Origin: Octopus sinensis
Taxonomy: Eukaryota
Assembly (NCBI RefSeq): GCF_006345805.1
Contig: NC_043002.1
Location: 25,420,001 to 25,484,000 of the forward strand
DNA: 64,000 nt
Direction of reading: 5' to 3'
Below the pieces are notes generated by a model. That model saw only the letters and a program-made list of their open reading frames with translations, had not been told where the DNA came from and ran no database searches. Position 1 is the stretch's first letter. Each line of letters opens with the position of its first letter. The position numbers and the translations under genes were made by a program. Positions 13,564-27,339 of the stretch are shown piece by piece.

Positions 13564-13751
13564 CACCCATCCACACACAGAAACACACACCCACACTTGC
13601 ATATATATATATATATATAAATTTAATATGTAATTTAATATATAAAATGTTAATTTAATACATAAGTTGCTATAAATTGCTTTTTCCATGCTGACTACTT
13701 GATAATTATCATTAATGTAATTTTTATCCTTACTTTATGAGTATATATATA

Positions 13752-13793
<42 letters not shown>

Positions 13794-14428
13794 TACATAC
13801 ATGCACAGATGCGTGGCAGCCCATTATGTATGTGTATGTGTGTATGTATAATGGACTTTGCACAGTTTCCTTCTACCAAATTCACTCATAAGGCATTGGT
13901 CAACCTGGGGCTTTAGTAGAAGCTACTTGCCCAAGGTGCTGTGCAATGGGACTGAACTCAGACTTGCATGGATGCTAAGTGAGCTTCTTAACTACACATC
14001 CCTGCCTGTGTATGTATATTTGTGTATGCATGTAATCTATATTCATTAAGACTAGCTGGACCTGTCAAAAATTCACTTAAAACATAAAAAAATGTAAGCA
14101 TCAGTAAACAGTGTACTGGTGCCATGAGAAATGTTTGTATATTATGACTGTCTGAGTTTAAATTCTGCTGAGAACCACAATGCTATGCATGTCTATGGAG
14201 TACTCAGCCATTTGTGAGTTAATTTTATCCTTGTGTGGTAATGAAAAGTGAAATCCAATATTTTCTGTGTGTATGTATCTATGTATGAACTTTTCTTTGG
14301 ATTTATGTATCTACTGTCTCTCTCACTTTCTCTCTGTCTCTTTCTTTGTGTCCCTCTTCTCTCCTTCTTTTGATTTAACAATATGTATATGTATCTATGT
14401 ATCTACTTCTCTTGCGATGTGATAAACA

Positions 14429-14615
14429 TTTAAAACACAAAACAAACGCCGTCACCACTCAATGTCTCTTTCACTCTCTCTCTCTTTCTCTCTTAAGTCC
14501 TCTCTGAAACCTTTAAAAACACAAAACGAATGTTGTCACCACTCACTATCTCTTTCTCTCTTACTTCATTTCTGAAACTTTTAAAAATACAACATGAATG
14601 ACGTCACGACTCACT
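14429..14615. repeat. Degenerate tandem repeat, 3 units of about 70-85 bp separated by (CT)-rich spacers
   Basis: tttaaaa(a)cacaaaac..gtcaccactca-type units at about 14429, 14512 and 14580. Confidence 0.7.
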
Positions 14616-15587
14616 CTCTCTTTCATTCTCTTTTTCTCTCTCACTCTCTCATATTCTCCTTCACTCTCCCCTTTTCTCTCACTTCCTCACTCTCCCTCTC
14701 TTACTTCCTTTCTGTCCTCCTCTCTCTTGCTTTGCCACTTCTTTGAAGTAAGTGTGACGCACACAACAGGTACATACAAAAACAAAAAGTTAGCATATTA
14801 ATATTATTGATGATAGCAATTGAACAACAGTGAAAAATGTTGCATTGTTACTGTAAGTTTGTCTTAATTAGTTTAGTTGTGTGGTTAAAAAGCTTGCTTT
14901 GCAACCCCCATAGTTTGGGGTTAAGTCACCTATGGCAAGTATCTTCTACTTATAGCCTCAAGTTGACCAATGCTTTGTTGAGTGGATTTGATACCTAGAA
15001 GGCTGCCTTTGACCTTTTGTATCCAAAAGGGATTTTTGACCCAATATTTACATGCAATTATTTACAGGGTTATCTATTTTGAGTTCTACAATTAAAAGCA
15101 AATTATCTCACATTCTCTCAAAATTTCTAAATTCTTGTGCGTGCGCATGCATGCATGTGTGTGTTTGTGTTTGTCTCCACCCACAACCATCTGACAATTG
15201 GTGTCGGCTTACTTCAGTTCTTGTAGCTTTGTGGGTCAACAAAAAATGACTTGTAGAATAAGTACTTGACTTAAATAAATAAAAAAAAAAGATGGTGCCC
15301 CAGCATGGATGTAGTTTAATGACTGAAACAAATTAAAAAATGAACACACCTTTGTTTCAAGTAATTTAAAAAATGATGAAGAATTTATTGAAATAATTTT
15401 ATAATTTTTAAGCTATTTTAATTTATGTTTGGCACATAAACTAACATGGAATTTTGATAGATTTTAATTTAGATTACTTTAAAAATCAAAAACTTTGTAT
15501 TAGAGAACTAGGAACACACTCAGATGGGTTAGTATCAAAAGAGTATGCAGTGCAGGCAGCTCTGAAGACTCTGTGATGGAGGAGGAG

Positions 15588-15626
<39 letters not shown>

Positions 15627-17640
15627 GTATAAGTAAAGATATGAATTTAACTGTTAATATTTTCAGTGTAAAATAATGTTAATCATTACAAGTAATTTGA
15701 AAGAAAATAAACAGGTCTTTATCAAGTCAGCGTTTCTGGTCTGTTGCTCTCTTCTAGCTTAAATTGGGGGTTGTAATATACCTAATTATCAGTTTATATC
15801 CATATTAATTAGTGTGTGTGTGTGTGTGAGTGAGAGAGAGGGTCATCTATGTATGATGTTCTCATAATGTCAATTAAATGCAGACCATGTGTTGCTGTGT
15901 GATGTTTACTGAGAGACCGAGATCATGGCTTGTGTGAAACTATGCTTGTGCCCCCTACACACACACATATTCACACACACATATTCACACACACACACAC
16001 ACACTACTTATACATCCACATATTCACATACACACACTGAATAATTCTTCCCTCTCCCATTACAAATCTATATTGAGCACTAATTACATCTCTGAATGAA
16101 AAACATAAATACATACATATGTATGTAGTTTCCTTGTTTATTTAAACCCTTCCTTTGTGTCCTAATTTTGCTATCCTGTTTTCATTATTAACTTAATTAT
16201 TAAGTTCAACATAATGGTGTATTTGGTCTAAACTTATTGAAATACTCTATATGTTCATTCATTCGTCCATATATTCATTTCTACATACATGCTTGTGTAG
16301 ATATGGAGTTCATTTTGTTACTTTGTTATTCATAGTCTCAAATTCTATATTACAGTGGCCTTGAGTAAGTGGCTTCAGGTTTGTATGGAAACCTGCAGTG
16401 AGTACTGTGTGTATGTATAAGTGTGTGTGTGTGTCTGTGAAGGTTTATATTCCAATTCTTTGCATGAAAGTCTTGAGCAATCAGATTTTAACATTTGTTG
16501 GCATTCCTTGCTAACAAATCATCTTGTAGTTCCATACTTCCAAAGATAAGTAATCCGTTATTTGAAAAACTGATAAGAGTTAGCAACTGGAAGGACATCC
16601 ATCTTTAAAACTATGCTTTACTATAAACTTGTCCAAGCCATGCTATCATAGGAAAATGGCAAAACAAAAAAATGAATATATATTGCTTATAAATCTGGGA
16701 CACCAAATGCACGTACAATTTTATACTCATTATTATTGGAATAGTTGCTAAATAGTACTGGCTTTCTTGGATTAAAGTATGGTTGAGCTTGGGACTTATA
16801 GAGAGAAGTTAGCTCCTCAATCCATGTTACAGATGACAATTGCCAGACCTGCAGGATCATATGATTTGACCCTTTCATTACCAACCTGGCTGAAACCGGT
16901 TCTGGTTCTGAGTACAAATGTCTTGTTTTCATAAGCTTTGAATTAAAATCTTCCACCAAACCTGAGTCATAATTTGTGTATCCTAACACTAGCTTAATGG
17001 TAACCAAGTTATTTTGCTAAATTTTTTGTTATATTTAAAGTAATTGAAAGAAACACAGAGCATCTCAAAATAAATACAATAACTAAAGGGAGGGGGAATA
17101 AGAAATTATTTTGTCTGACATTCTATTGATTTTGCTATCTGTATATGTATTTATATATACATATACAAATGTGTGTGTGTATATATATATATGCATGTTT
17201 GTATATGTGCATATATCTGTGTATGTTTACCTACATATGTGTGTGTATGAATATACATGTAGGTTTGTATATCATTGCCATCATCATTATGTCCATTTTG
17301 TTTTCCATGCTTGTATAGGTTGGATGGTCTTCTCCTGCATCTCTTTGAGGTTCAGTTTTCTGAAATTGGCCAGTATATGTTAATGTATACTCCTTTCACA
17401 CTCTCACAGACCTACCTACCCATCCAGCCATACTCGATTCTCTCTCTATCCATACACAGATACTTCATCTCCACCATCTTGTATCCCTTTCCTACTTGAG
17501 CCTTTCTACACATGGCACAAAGTCACCTCTCTTAATATTACTCCTCCCCACTCTGTCAAGGGGTCTCGTCTTGTTAGTTACTTGGTGACCCTACTCGTGC
17601 TAGTGCCATGGAAAAAGTACCCAGTACACTCTGTAAAGTT

Positions 17641-17801
17641 CAATTCAATTCAATTTTCAATTCAATTTTTATTGGCTCAAAAAGCCAAAGCAAGGCCATG
17701 TAGAGGGACAGGGAGCTATGTATAGGGAGGGTGGTCATACAAAGAGTTCAGGCCATTTCTGGTCAAGAGAGACTTTGAACCGAGCGGTTGTCGGCATCTT
17801 C
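17641..17801 (-). mobile_element. Short 3' fragment of a CR1/L2-like LINE with an (AATTG)n tail, inserted in an RTE-tail repeat
   Basis: Minus-strand ..ARFKVSLDQKWPELFV* is followed by a short UTR, aataaaa and (aattg)n. The host repeat sequence resumes on both sides. Confidence 0.6.
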
Positions 17802-18147
17802 GTTAACATTAGGATGGGCATCCAGCTGTAGAAACCTTGCTAAAGCAGCCCTCAGGTTAGTTGGATCCTGTTGACCCAACCAACTCATGCCAGTATGGGA
17901 CATGATGTTAAATGATGATGATGATATGTTTATGAATATATGTATGTGTGTGTAGGTTCATATGTTTATTTGTATGTATGTGTATATGCATATATACTGC
18001 ACCCTGATTTAAATATTTGCATAGGCATGGCTGACTTGTCTAATAGTTAGTGATGGTCTCCTATGGACATGATTGGACAGTTATCTTGTATGATAGATCA
18101 TTAGCCACTACACAAATTTTTTTTCTCTCCTTGTTTTTTCTGTTTAC

Positions 18148-18183
18148 TTTTCTGTAGAAGAGCGTAGGCTCGAAATGTAAAAG
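18148..18183 (+). ncRNA. Degenerate minimal type I hammerhead motif in a Penelope-like remnant (about 18101-18273)
   Basis: UUUU-CUGUAGA-A-GAGC-guag-GCUC-GAAAU-GUA-AAAG. Core A6 is replaced by U. Confidence 0.42.
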
Positions 18184-18272
18184 ACTTTTCCTATTCCTGA
18201 GTGCTATACTAATACATCTGTTTGTTTTGTACACCACCTGTCTTCGTCTTTTGTTTTTTTCATAAAATTTCC

Positions 18273-18316
<44 letters not shown>

Positions 18317-18782
18317 CATTCATTCATTTATTTTTATTTTCATTTTCCATACTGGTATGGATTAGATAAAAATGTTATTGAGGTATTGTTTCACAACCTA
18401 TCTTTCCTGTCATTAGCACTTACCTGTTTTACAAGTCAAGGATATGGTATTTTATCACATGTCTTCAAAGGCACAAAACCAGCATGAGGAAATGACAGCA
18501 ACATCATTATCTGTAATTGAATGATTTTTGGCAAAGAGCAAATGTAAATAAACACACATTACATCTCTGCCTATTTTATCAGTTAATCTGTTTGCTGATC
18601 GATTGATGATGGCTTTTTTTCAGTTTCCATCTGCCAAATCCAGTCACAAGGCTTTGATTCACTCTGGTTTACAGTAGAATGATGTTTGCACAAGCTGGTG
18701 TGCAGTGGTACTGAATCTGAGACCATGATTTTGTATTGTGAAGCAAACTTAACCATACAGCTATGCCTGTGCCTATTATACT

Positions 18783-19195
18783 TTTTTACTCTTTTACTTG
18801 TTTCAGTCATTTGATTGTGGCCATGCTGGAGCACCGCCTTTAGTTGAGCAAATCGACCACAGGACTTATTCTTTGTTAGCCTAGTACTTATTCTATCAGT
18901 TCCTTTTGTCGAACTGCTAAGTTACGGGGACGTAAACATGCCAGCATTGGTTGTCAAGCAATGTTGGTGGGACAAACACAGACACACAAACATATACACA
19001 CACATACATATATATATATACATATATATGATGGGCTTCTTTCAGTTTCCGTCTACCAAATCCACTCACAATGCTTTGGTCGCCCGAAGCTATAGTAGAA
19101 CACACTTGCCCAAGGTGCCACGCAGTGGGACTGAACCCAGAACCATGTGGCTGGTAAGCAAGCTACTATTTACCACAAAGCCACTCCTGCGCCTA
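18783..19195 (-). mobile_element. CORE-type SINE (family 1), full length
   Basis: Colinear with the 27340-27734 copy. Confidence 0.85.
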
Positions 19196-20321
19196 TTATG
19201 TATGCATATTTAAATTTATATATAACAAATTTAGTTTAACTGTGGAATGAAAAATAGCAAGTGATATCCAAGATTTTCACAAAACATGCAAATATCTAAT
19301 TGGAAAGATGTATGAAATGAGATGGTTAAGGCTGGAATGTGATTGATCATAGATTTGCTTGAACAGAGCAAGCAACAACAGTATCCATTTTTGACGGCAA
19401 CACCACAGACACTAGCACAACAATCACAAGCACTACCAACACCATGACTACTATACAGCTCTGCCACAACAATCCCTACCATTGTCCCTACTGTTACTAC
19501 CACTCCATCACTAACCACCACCACCACCATTGTCACTACCTACTCCACCACCACTACTATAACTAAACACTATATAACATTCAAACCAATGAAACTACCT
19601 GTTGTGTGATCACTTGATCTACTCAATTTTAGGAGCTAAATTCTCTCAAATCACATTCCTGCTGCCTTAAAAAGATGGACACATCTGATGATGCCTTAGA
19701 CATACAAAAGGACAAGATTTGTCATTGATATAAAATGCCTGTGACCATGGGGTTGCCTAATTAGATTTGGCTTAGAGCTAAACAACAGCAACTATCACAA
19801 AAAGAACATGGCACTGTTAACTACACCACTACCACCATAATCACCTTCTCCACTAAACTCCATTATCTCCACGAGCCAATAAAAAAGCTTCTATGTAGTC
19901 ATTAACTTTGTTAGAAATAGCAACCAAATCTCCCCTAACTTACACTATACCATCTTAGAAAAGAACACATTAGATCACATGGTCCTGGATTTCACCATGT
20001 CTTAGAAAAAAAATATAATCAGGATGGGCACCGAGTGTCTTTGGTTACATTGCTTGTCTGTTTGGTCAGGGCTGCTGACCAGGGGTTAAATGACAGCAAT
20101 GACATCAACAATGATCTCTAACATTTAACACCGCTGCCTGGGTCTTGAGTCCTTTTAGCAGGGATTATTCTGTTGCAAACATTGGGGCTAGATTTTTGGT
20201 TTGGGGATAACAGCTCTTTAATTCTTCATCTCATCAGTCTCAGAAGCTCTGTAAATAATCATAAGTGCTGCACTTCCATTTTTGATTGTGCATTGAAAAA
20301 AAACACCCCCAAAACCTACTG

Positions 20322-20359
<38 letters not shown>

Positions 20360-21089
20360 ACCACCATGATGCTACCATCACCACCACTACTATTAGTAGC
20401 AATGGTTATAACAGTACTATGCTTATCATGATGATTAATACAAATGCCAACATCAACTCCACTCCCAGAAACAAAAACAATGTTGATATATATATATATA
20501 TATATAGTCTTCCTCTTCCTCTCTTGTCATACTGACTCCATGACTAATAAACACCACCAACACCCTTTTTTTATTTCCACATCATCATAATCTGTAAACA
20601 TCAAAGAAATCCCACCTTTATGTGATGAATTTCTGATATATTATATTACCCACCGCCACCACACACATATGTACATATATGTATGAATACATATAAATGT
20701 ACATGCACATAAACATGCACATCATTATCATCGTTATCATTTAATGTAACCCAGCAAGCTGGGGGGATTGCATCAATCTTCAACGTGTGCTTTGGTATGG
20801 CTTCTACAGTTGAGGCTTTCTCTAATGCCAACTGCTTTACAGAGAGTATTGGGTGCCTTTTTGTAACACTGATACTGTGCGTTTTGCCCTGTATCATACA
20901 CCTGCAGCATATGAAGTCAATCGTCATATGATAAACTGAAGTCAATCTTCATATGATAATCTTTGATAATCTGCCTGTTATCCCACTAAACCTAATGTGT
21001 GTCTACACTTGGCACAACTTATAGAATTTCTACCAACCCCTTTTCTATTGACAGAAATGGCCATTTCCTTGATGCTATAAGTGTCATGT

Positions 21090-21575
21090 TTTCTTTAAGG
21101 CCTTTCAGTTCTCGATTCTGCTTCTATGTCTGGAATTTCAGCCTCAATAACTACAGATACTTTTGTAAGAGCTAAGTCATCAGCTATGGCCACCTATGGG
21201 TAGCTCGTCATAAATATCTCTGTTATAGCTTAGAAGATTATAATGAATTAAGAAGTGAGCTTTGATATACTCTTGCCTGCATACTAAATTCATCACTGAA
21301 CTCATTGCTGATTTCCACTGTGCTGGCTGCCTCTAAGACATTCATCTACTGCTACTTTCATAGAGACAACCAAATTGCAGTGGGAGGCTATCAAAGGCCT
21401 TCTCTAGATTAATGAATGCTAGCTCACTTTTAGCCATGCACTTCTCTTGCTGTTGTCTTACAGGGAATGTGGCATCAGTGGTGTCTGCAAAATTCCAAAG
21501 ATCACCAAAATTCCATTAAAATCACTCGCTTTGTCCATATCTGATCCTAAGGGATTTTGATGATCTCTCCATTAT
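21090..21575 (-). mobile_element. Old RTE reverse-transcriptase remnant
   Basis: Degenerate minus-strand TTDATFPVRQQQEKCMAK, AFINLEKAFD and ADDLAL fragments. Confidence 0.7.
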
Positions 21576-24019
21576 ATCCCTTCTTTACCAGACATGGTAC
21601 AAGTAACAGCAAACTCTTTTCTTCAGGTTTGTGGGTATTGTGGTTGTCGGCAGCAAAAAATGCACAATAAAAGAACAAATACATAAGCCTGAAGCTAACC
21701 TGGTTCTTAAGTCCATACATCAACTCAGCAGGAGTCTCAAATTCCCAATCTTAGAATTGTGTATTTGTCTTTTTTAGTGATAACCTCATTAGTGTATATG
21801 AAACTCTATAATCAAGGTATGTATTTCAGTGGGTGTGGTGAAAATTCTTTTTAGTGGAAATATCTGTCATTACAAACTTCTTTAAACAAGCCCTTATTTT
21901 TATGTTCATTCAGCAAAAATTTAGCTCTGAAAATGCTGATAATTACAAAAGTTCCAGTTAACTCCAACTATAAAAAGGGTAGGTGAGGTGACAGAGTTCT
22001 GGGAATGTCAGATAAAATATTTCATGTTATTTTTACTTCAAGTTCAAATCCTTCCGAGGAAATTACCAGTTCAGTATGTCACTTTCAGTAGGATTTCTGT
22101 TCAGTGTAAAGAGTATGAACAAATATTGCAAAGCACTTTCCCCAGTACCCTAATAATTCTGCCATTCCAGTGCCCTTCAATAATAGACAAAAAGGATCAT
22201 AAAAGAATCTATTATTACCACAGGAAAACTGCCCCACCCCGATTAAAAGAACAAACTTATTAACACTGATAAAACCCTAGATTTATTCAATAAAATAAAG
22301 GAGCTTCTATGAAGTCATTTGACCTGCTAGAAATAGCAGCTAGGGTTCTCTCAACACATACCTTCTTAAAGTAGGAAAAAGAAGAGGGAAATATTGAATA
22401 ATTTAATCTGAGATATAGTCTATGTCTGCAAGCAAAACAACTCACACTTTTGAATTTAACAAACTCTCATAATAACTAAAAAAATCAAGGTAACAGGCTG
22501 GGCTATATGGTTAAAAAGCTTGTTTCTTAACTTCATGCTTTCAAGTTCAGTCCCACTACTTGGTACCTTGGGCAAGTGTCTTCTATTATAGCCCTTCTGA
22601 GTGAATTTGGTAGATGAAAACTGAAGGAAGCTAATTGTGTGTGTTTAGAGGTTTTGACCTTTGGTTGTGTAAAGGATATCAATGGGCATGCTCTGCTTAC
22701 TTAGATGAGTCAGGTGTGAAGTACATTTACTGCCAGGGGGAGCTTACATAAAACAAGCTAATTTCCAACCAGTTGGCTGACTTATTGCTAGGTGGTAAAG
22801 CATACCGAGTGGTATAGGGGGAGACATTGCTTAGTATGAATGTAGTTTCATGCTGGGTCAACATTATTAGACATCTGTCAAATGGTCAGAAAGAGTTAAG
22901 ATTAACTACATATTCAGCCAAGTATGTAGTTATCTTCAGTGGTGACATCAAAGTAAGATAAAATTTAGGGTATTAATGAATGAATATAAAAATGAAACTA
23001 CTGATGGAGGTCATCTCGACAATTCACTTATTTACTTTTATAGCTTGAGGAGAAACGCATGAATACTATGTAGGTTGAGATAAAAGACAGATATTGGATT
23101 GTGATTGGTTACCATAAGGAGGAACTTTTATATTGTGATTGGTTGTGCAATTAGTGAGAAGAGGTTGTACTATGGCTACTCTGTGCACATGAAAGATATG
23201 GCCGAAACTACGGTTATACTATAGACATCAAAAAGATTACTATAATCACGGCTACATTACAGACATGAAAGATATATGTGTTTTATATTTATTAATATAT
23301 TCATAGTAGTTAGAATGGTGGACTGACAGAATCACTAGAACTCTCATAAAAAAAGGCAAACCCCCCCCACCTTGCTGTATTTCATGTTCTTTTCAAATTC
23401 CCTCTGAATTAACTATGCTTTTCATCCTTATGGGGTGGGGTTAATAATATAAACCTTGCCCATGGAGTAGAGCAGATTTAATTAACTCTTCCCTTCCTCA
23501 TAAACTGTGGCCATGTGCCACATTTAAAGATCATTATATCTAATGTTGTTAAGCCATACCTTTTTATCAATGGTCTTTAGATTTTTTTACTTTTTTAATT
23601 AATATTTTTCTCACCTAAATTAATATTGGTTTTTCTTTCCTTTTTAATTAGTATTATCATTTGTTTCCCTTTCATTTTTAATATTGGTCTTTTTTACTTC
23701 CTCAATTAATGTTTTTTGTTTTCTTTGTAATTAATATTAATTTTTAATTTATCATTTTTTTTATTAAATTGTCTTTTTAATGAATACTAGTTTTGGATCT
23801 TTACCTTTTGACCTACAGATTTAAAAAATAAATTTTTGTAACTAAACACTTTAAAAACTTCGGACACTGGTAGAATGTGTCATATAAAATATCTTTTACT
23901 CTTAGCATTTTTGAGAAAAACATATATTTACGAAGTTATTTCACCTTAAAGTTCTCGTATTTTGGTAATTTCAACCAATGATGTGTATTCAACTGAATAA
24001 AATTACTGCCGTTGTTTGT

Positions 24020-24846
24020 CAACAAGTATGATGAAAATAGCTCTTCCTTCCCGTTTGAAGGAAGGAGGCGTGATGATATTGATGATAGCATTGGCTGATA
24101 AACCAACTCATCCCACACGTGACAGCAATCGTTCGACATAAACCCACAGGTGGGAAATGGTTGGACACTGCATGAGTGTGTGCAGAATGGTTTCATCGCT
24201 CTGACCACATCTCGGGCAGGTCGGCCCCGTGTTTCTTGAGCTGTGTCTTTAGAGCTTATCCCGAACGGGTAGCGCTTCTCGGTAGCACTGCCAGGCCAGG
24301 GACCTCTGGAAGTTGTCCATAGGTCCTGGCCCGAAAGCCATCCTGAACAGGCGGGTCAGGTATTCCTCATCAATGCCCATGTTCGACAGTTTCCTCTCGG
24401 CCCATTGCCGGGCGAGAGTGACCACCATACTCATTATCTCGTTTCAGTTCTCCATTTGGAGGTCCGGACCAAACCAGACCCCGAGCAACTCGACCGGACC
24501 GTCGGTCCAGTGTCCCACGTCAGAGGTGCTGGTGGACAGCATGGGCTTGTTTCTCCAGGTGCTGAGCCGCAAGCCCACTGACTTTTCCCGGTTGATTTTC
24601 ACACATGTCACCACTTCGTAGTCTTGCAGTGTCTCACCGACCAGCTCGATGTACTCGTGGCTAGACAGTATGATGGTGACGTCGTCCGCGTATGCAGACG
24701 CTCGTCCTGCATCCCATTTCTCGTGGGATGCCCCTCAGAGTTGCCAGCTTCTGCATTAATGGCTTGAGAGTCAATATGTGTAGAAGCGACGAGAGGGGGC
24801 ATCCCTGACGGACCAAACATGCAATGTCGAAAGGTCTCAATAGATG

Positions 24847-24851
<5 letters not shown>
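24020..24851 (-). mobile_element. Tx1/L1-clade LINE remnant with an internal deletion (RT joined to the C-terminal zinc knuckle)
   Basis: Fragments VRQGCPLSSLL, YADDVTII, KINREKS, LLGVWFG, WQCYREALPVRDKL and CPRCGQSDETILHTLMQC. Confidence 0.85.
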
Positions 24852-24905
<54 letters not shown>

Positions 24906-24966
24906 ACACACACACATATATATATACATAGTCCATATATACATATATATATGTACATATACATAC

Positions 24967-24999
<33 letters not shown>

Positions 25000-25051
25000 A
25001 GAAATATTGAATTTCTAAATTTCTCGTAGAGAGATGTACGGTGGTAGGGCG

Positions 25052-25190
25052 ATAGAATGGTTGTGTACTGTCAATCTAGCAAGAACGTGACAGAACGCCT
25101 CCTGTCAGGAGGCGTTCGATGCCTCCTAAGGCTATACAACGGTGGTGTACCCCCTACTGTCACGTTCTTGTTAGATTGACAGTATACAAC

Positions 25191-25198
<8 letters not shown>
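25052..25198. mobile_element. 147-bp MITE-like element with 42-bp TIRs and an internal palindrome
   Basis: TIRs 25052-25093 / 25157-25198 (40/42). Internal gaacgcctcctg-t-caggaggcgttc at 25093-25117. Confidence 0.7.

Positions 25199-25278
<80 letters not shown>
25196..25278. repeat. (TA)n microsatellite; many others across the window
   Basis: Seen directly in the sequence. Confidence 0.98.
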
Positions 25279-25280
<2 letters not shown>

Positions 25281-26015
25281 ACACGCACGCACACACACAT
25301 AATCATGATTTAGTGTCAGCTACCAGGTTCCAGTTTGATTTTGGCCTGGTTCCTACAGTTGGATGCCTCCTAATGCGAACCACTCCAAGAGTGTAGTGGG
25401 TGTCTATTGCATGTTACCTGCACGAGTGCTTTTTATGTCTATATTTGTGTGTGTTTTTGTTTCCTTATCTTGATGTTGCGTGATAGTTGTAAGGGAATGT
25501 CACCATCATACAATTGATATTGTTTGTTTTCACTCTTATATGAAAATCTGTCTGGGCAAGGGAAAATATCAAGTTACTTAGAATCGGGGGGGGGGAACAG
25601 TCGGCAACAGGAAGGGCATCTGGCCATAAATATTCTGCCTTATTGAATTCCTTCCAACCTATGCAAGCATGGAAAAGTGAATGTTAAAACGATGATGATG
25701 ATGATGGTGATGCTGTTGCTGATGATCATGTTGGTGATGATAATATATAATGGTGTACTTTGATGAAGCTTTTTACACTGTTTAAAACTAGTTTAGTATT
25801 ATTACTTCATTACTTTTTAAGTAGTTAATGGCTTCAAATGGTATTTTTTTTTTAATTTGAAAGAAATAAAGTTTCTATTAAAATAAAGTGTATTGTTAAC
25901 CTGTAAACACCCATTTTGAATTGTTATCTGTACAATTAACTACAATAAAACAATGTATTTAAGTTTGTTTTCCCCACTTGTTTCTTTTTTACTCCCTCTT
26001 CCTGATACACACATG

Positions 26016-26054
<39 letters not shown>

Positions 26055-27339
26055 ATATATATATACACACACATACAAATCTTGAAGCACACATAAATCT
26101 TATGAATAACAGCATTATGTGTGCTTTTTGTTCCACTATTCCAAAAAGGAATTATTTCATGTTCTCTTAAAGGCCTTTAAAAGTCTTATGACATCATGTG
26201 TGTGTGCATGTGTGCAGATGCACACATTCAGTGCATACATACTCAACCTTGTGTATATATTATCATTTTAACATCTGCTTTTTAGTGCTTGCATAAGTCA
26301 GATGGAATTCGTTGCAACAGATCTTTCTATGGCCAGATGATCTACCTGTTGTCACCCTTCTGTTTGCAAGTAAAGAGACACTGCTTGTGTGACTGTGGAA
26401 TTCATTTATGGCTGTCATGCATTGTCAGGGCAAGGATAACCACACCCACATACACAATTAACACAACAGGCTTCTTTCAGTTTCCATCTACCATAACCAC
26501 TCACTAGGCTTTGGTTAGTCCAGGGCTATAGTAGCAGACACTTGTGAAAGGTACTGTGCAGTGGAACTGAACTTGAAACCACATGGTTGGGAAGCAAACT
26601 TCTTAACCACAGAGCCACACCCACACTTCATAAACTAAAGTCTTGTGTATTTATACTGTTCCACGCCGACTGAATTTGCCTAATTGAATTTGCCAAATAT
26701 GTTTCAGAGGATGTCCTTTTCTTTGTCTGAAAACATCAGCTTTATAAGATTATTACAGAATATTTTAGTAACACAATGTGTGCACGTATGTGTGTGTTTG
26801 TGTGTGAGTGTGTGTGCGCGTATGCATGGGTGTGTTGCTGGTGAATGGTGGGTACCATATATTCTAAAGCAGAACAAATTTGTAATTTACACAAGATTAG
26901 CTGCTATTTGAGATTGTTAGGATATGAACCCTGACAGCATGACCCTTGGAAAGTTGTTAATTTAGAACATATAACCTTTAAAGCCAATACAGGCCTGCCA
27001 CTGAGAGGGGTAATATTGCTGGTGGTTAGCTATTATTTACATTGTCTTGCAATTATCTATGGTAAACTATTGGCAATGACTGGGTCGCTTACCTAATAAT
27101 GTTATTCCAGACAACTATTTTTCCCCATCCTCCTCATCTCCACTCACACTGGCACTCTTCTAACACATAACAACTGACTGTCTTCTTTCTCTGCTTTACT
27201 GTTTCTTTACTTCCAACGCATACACCTCCCTTCTTTCTCTCTCTGTCTCTATATTTTATTATTAATTGATGGAAGTTATAGAGTGACTCAAGGGCCACAT
27301 GAAATTCCAGGCCTTGAGTCACTCTGTAACTTTCTCTTT

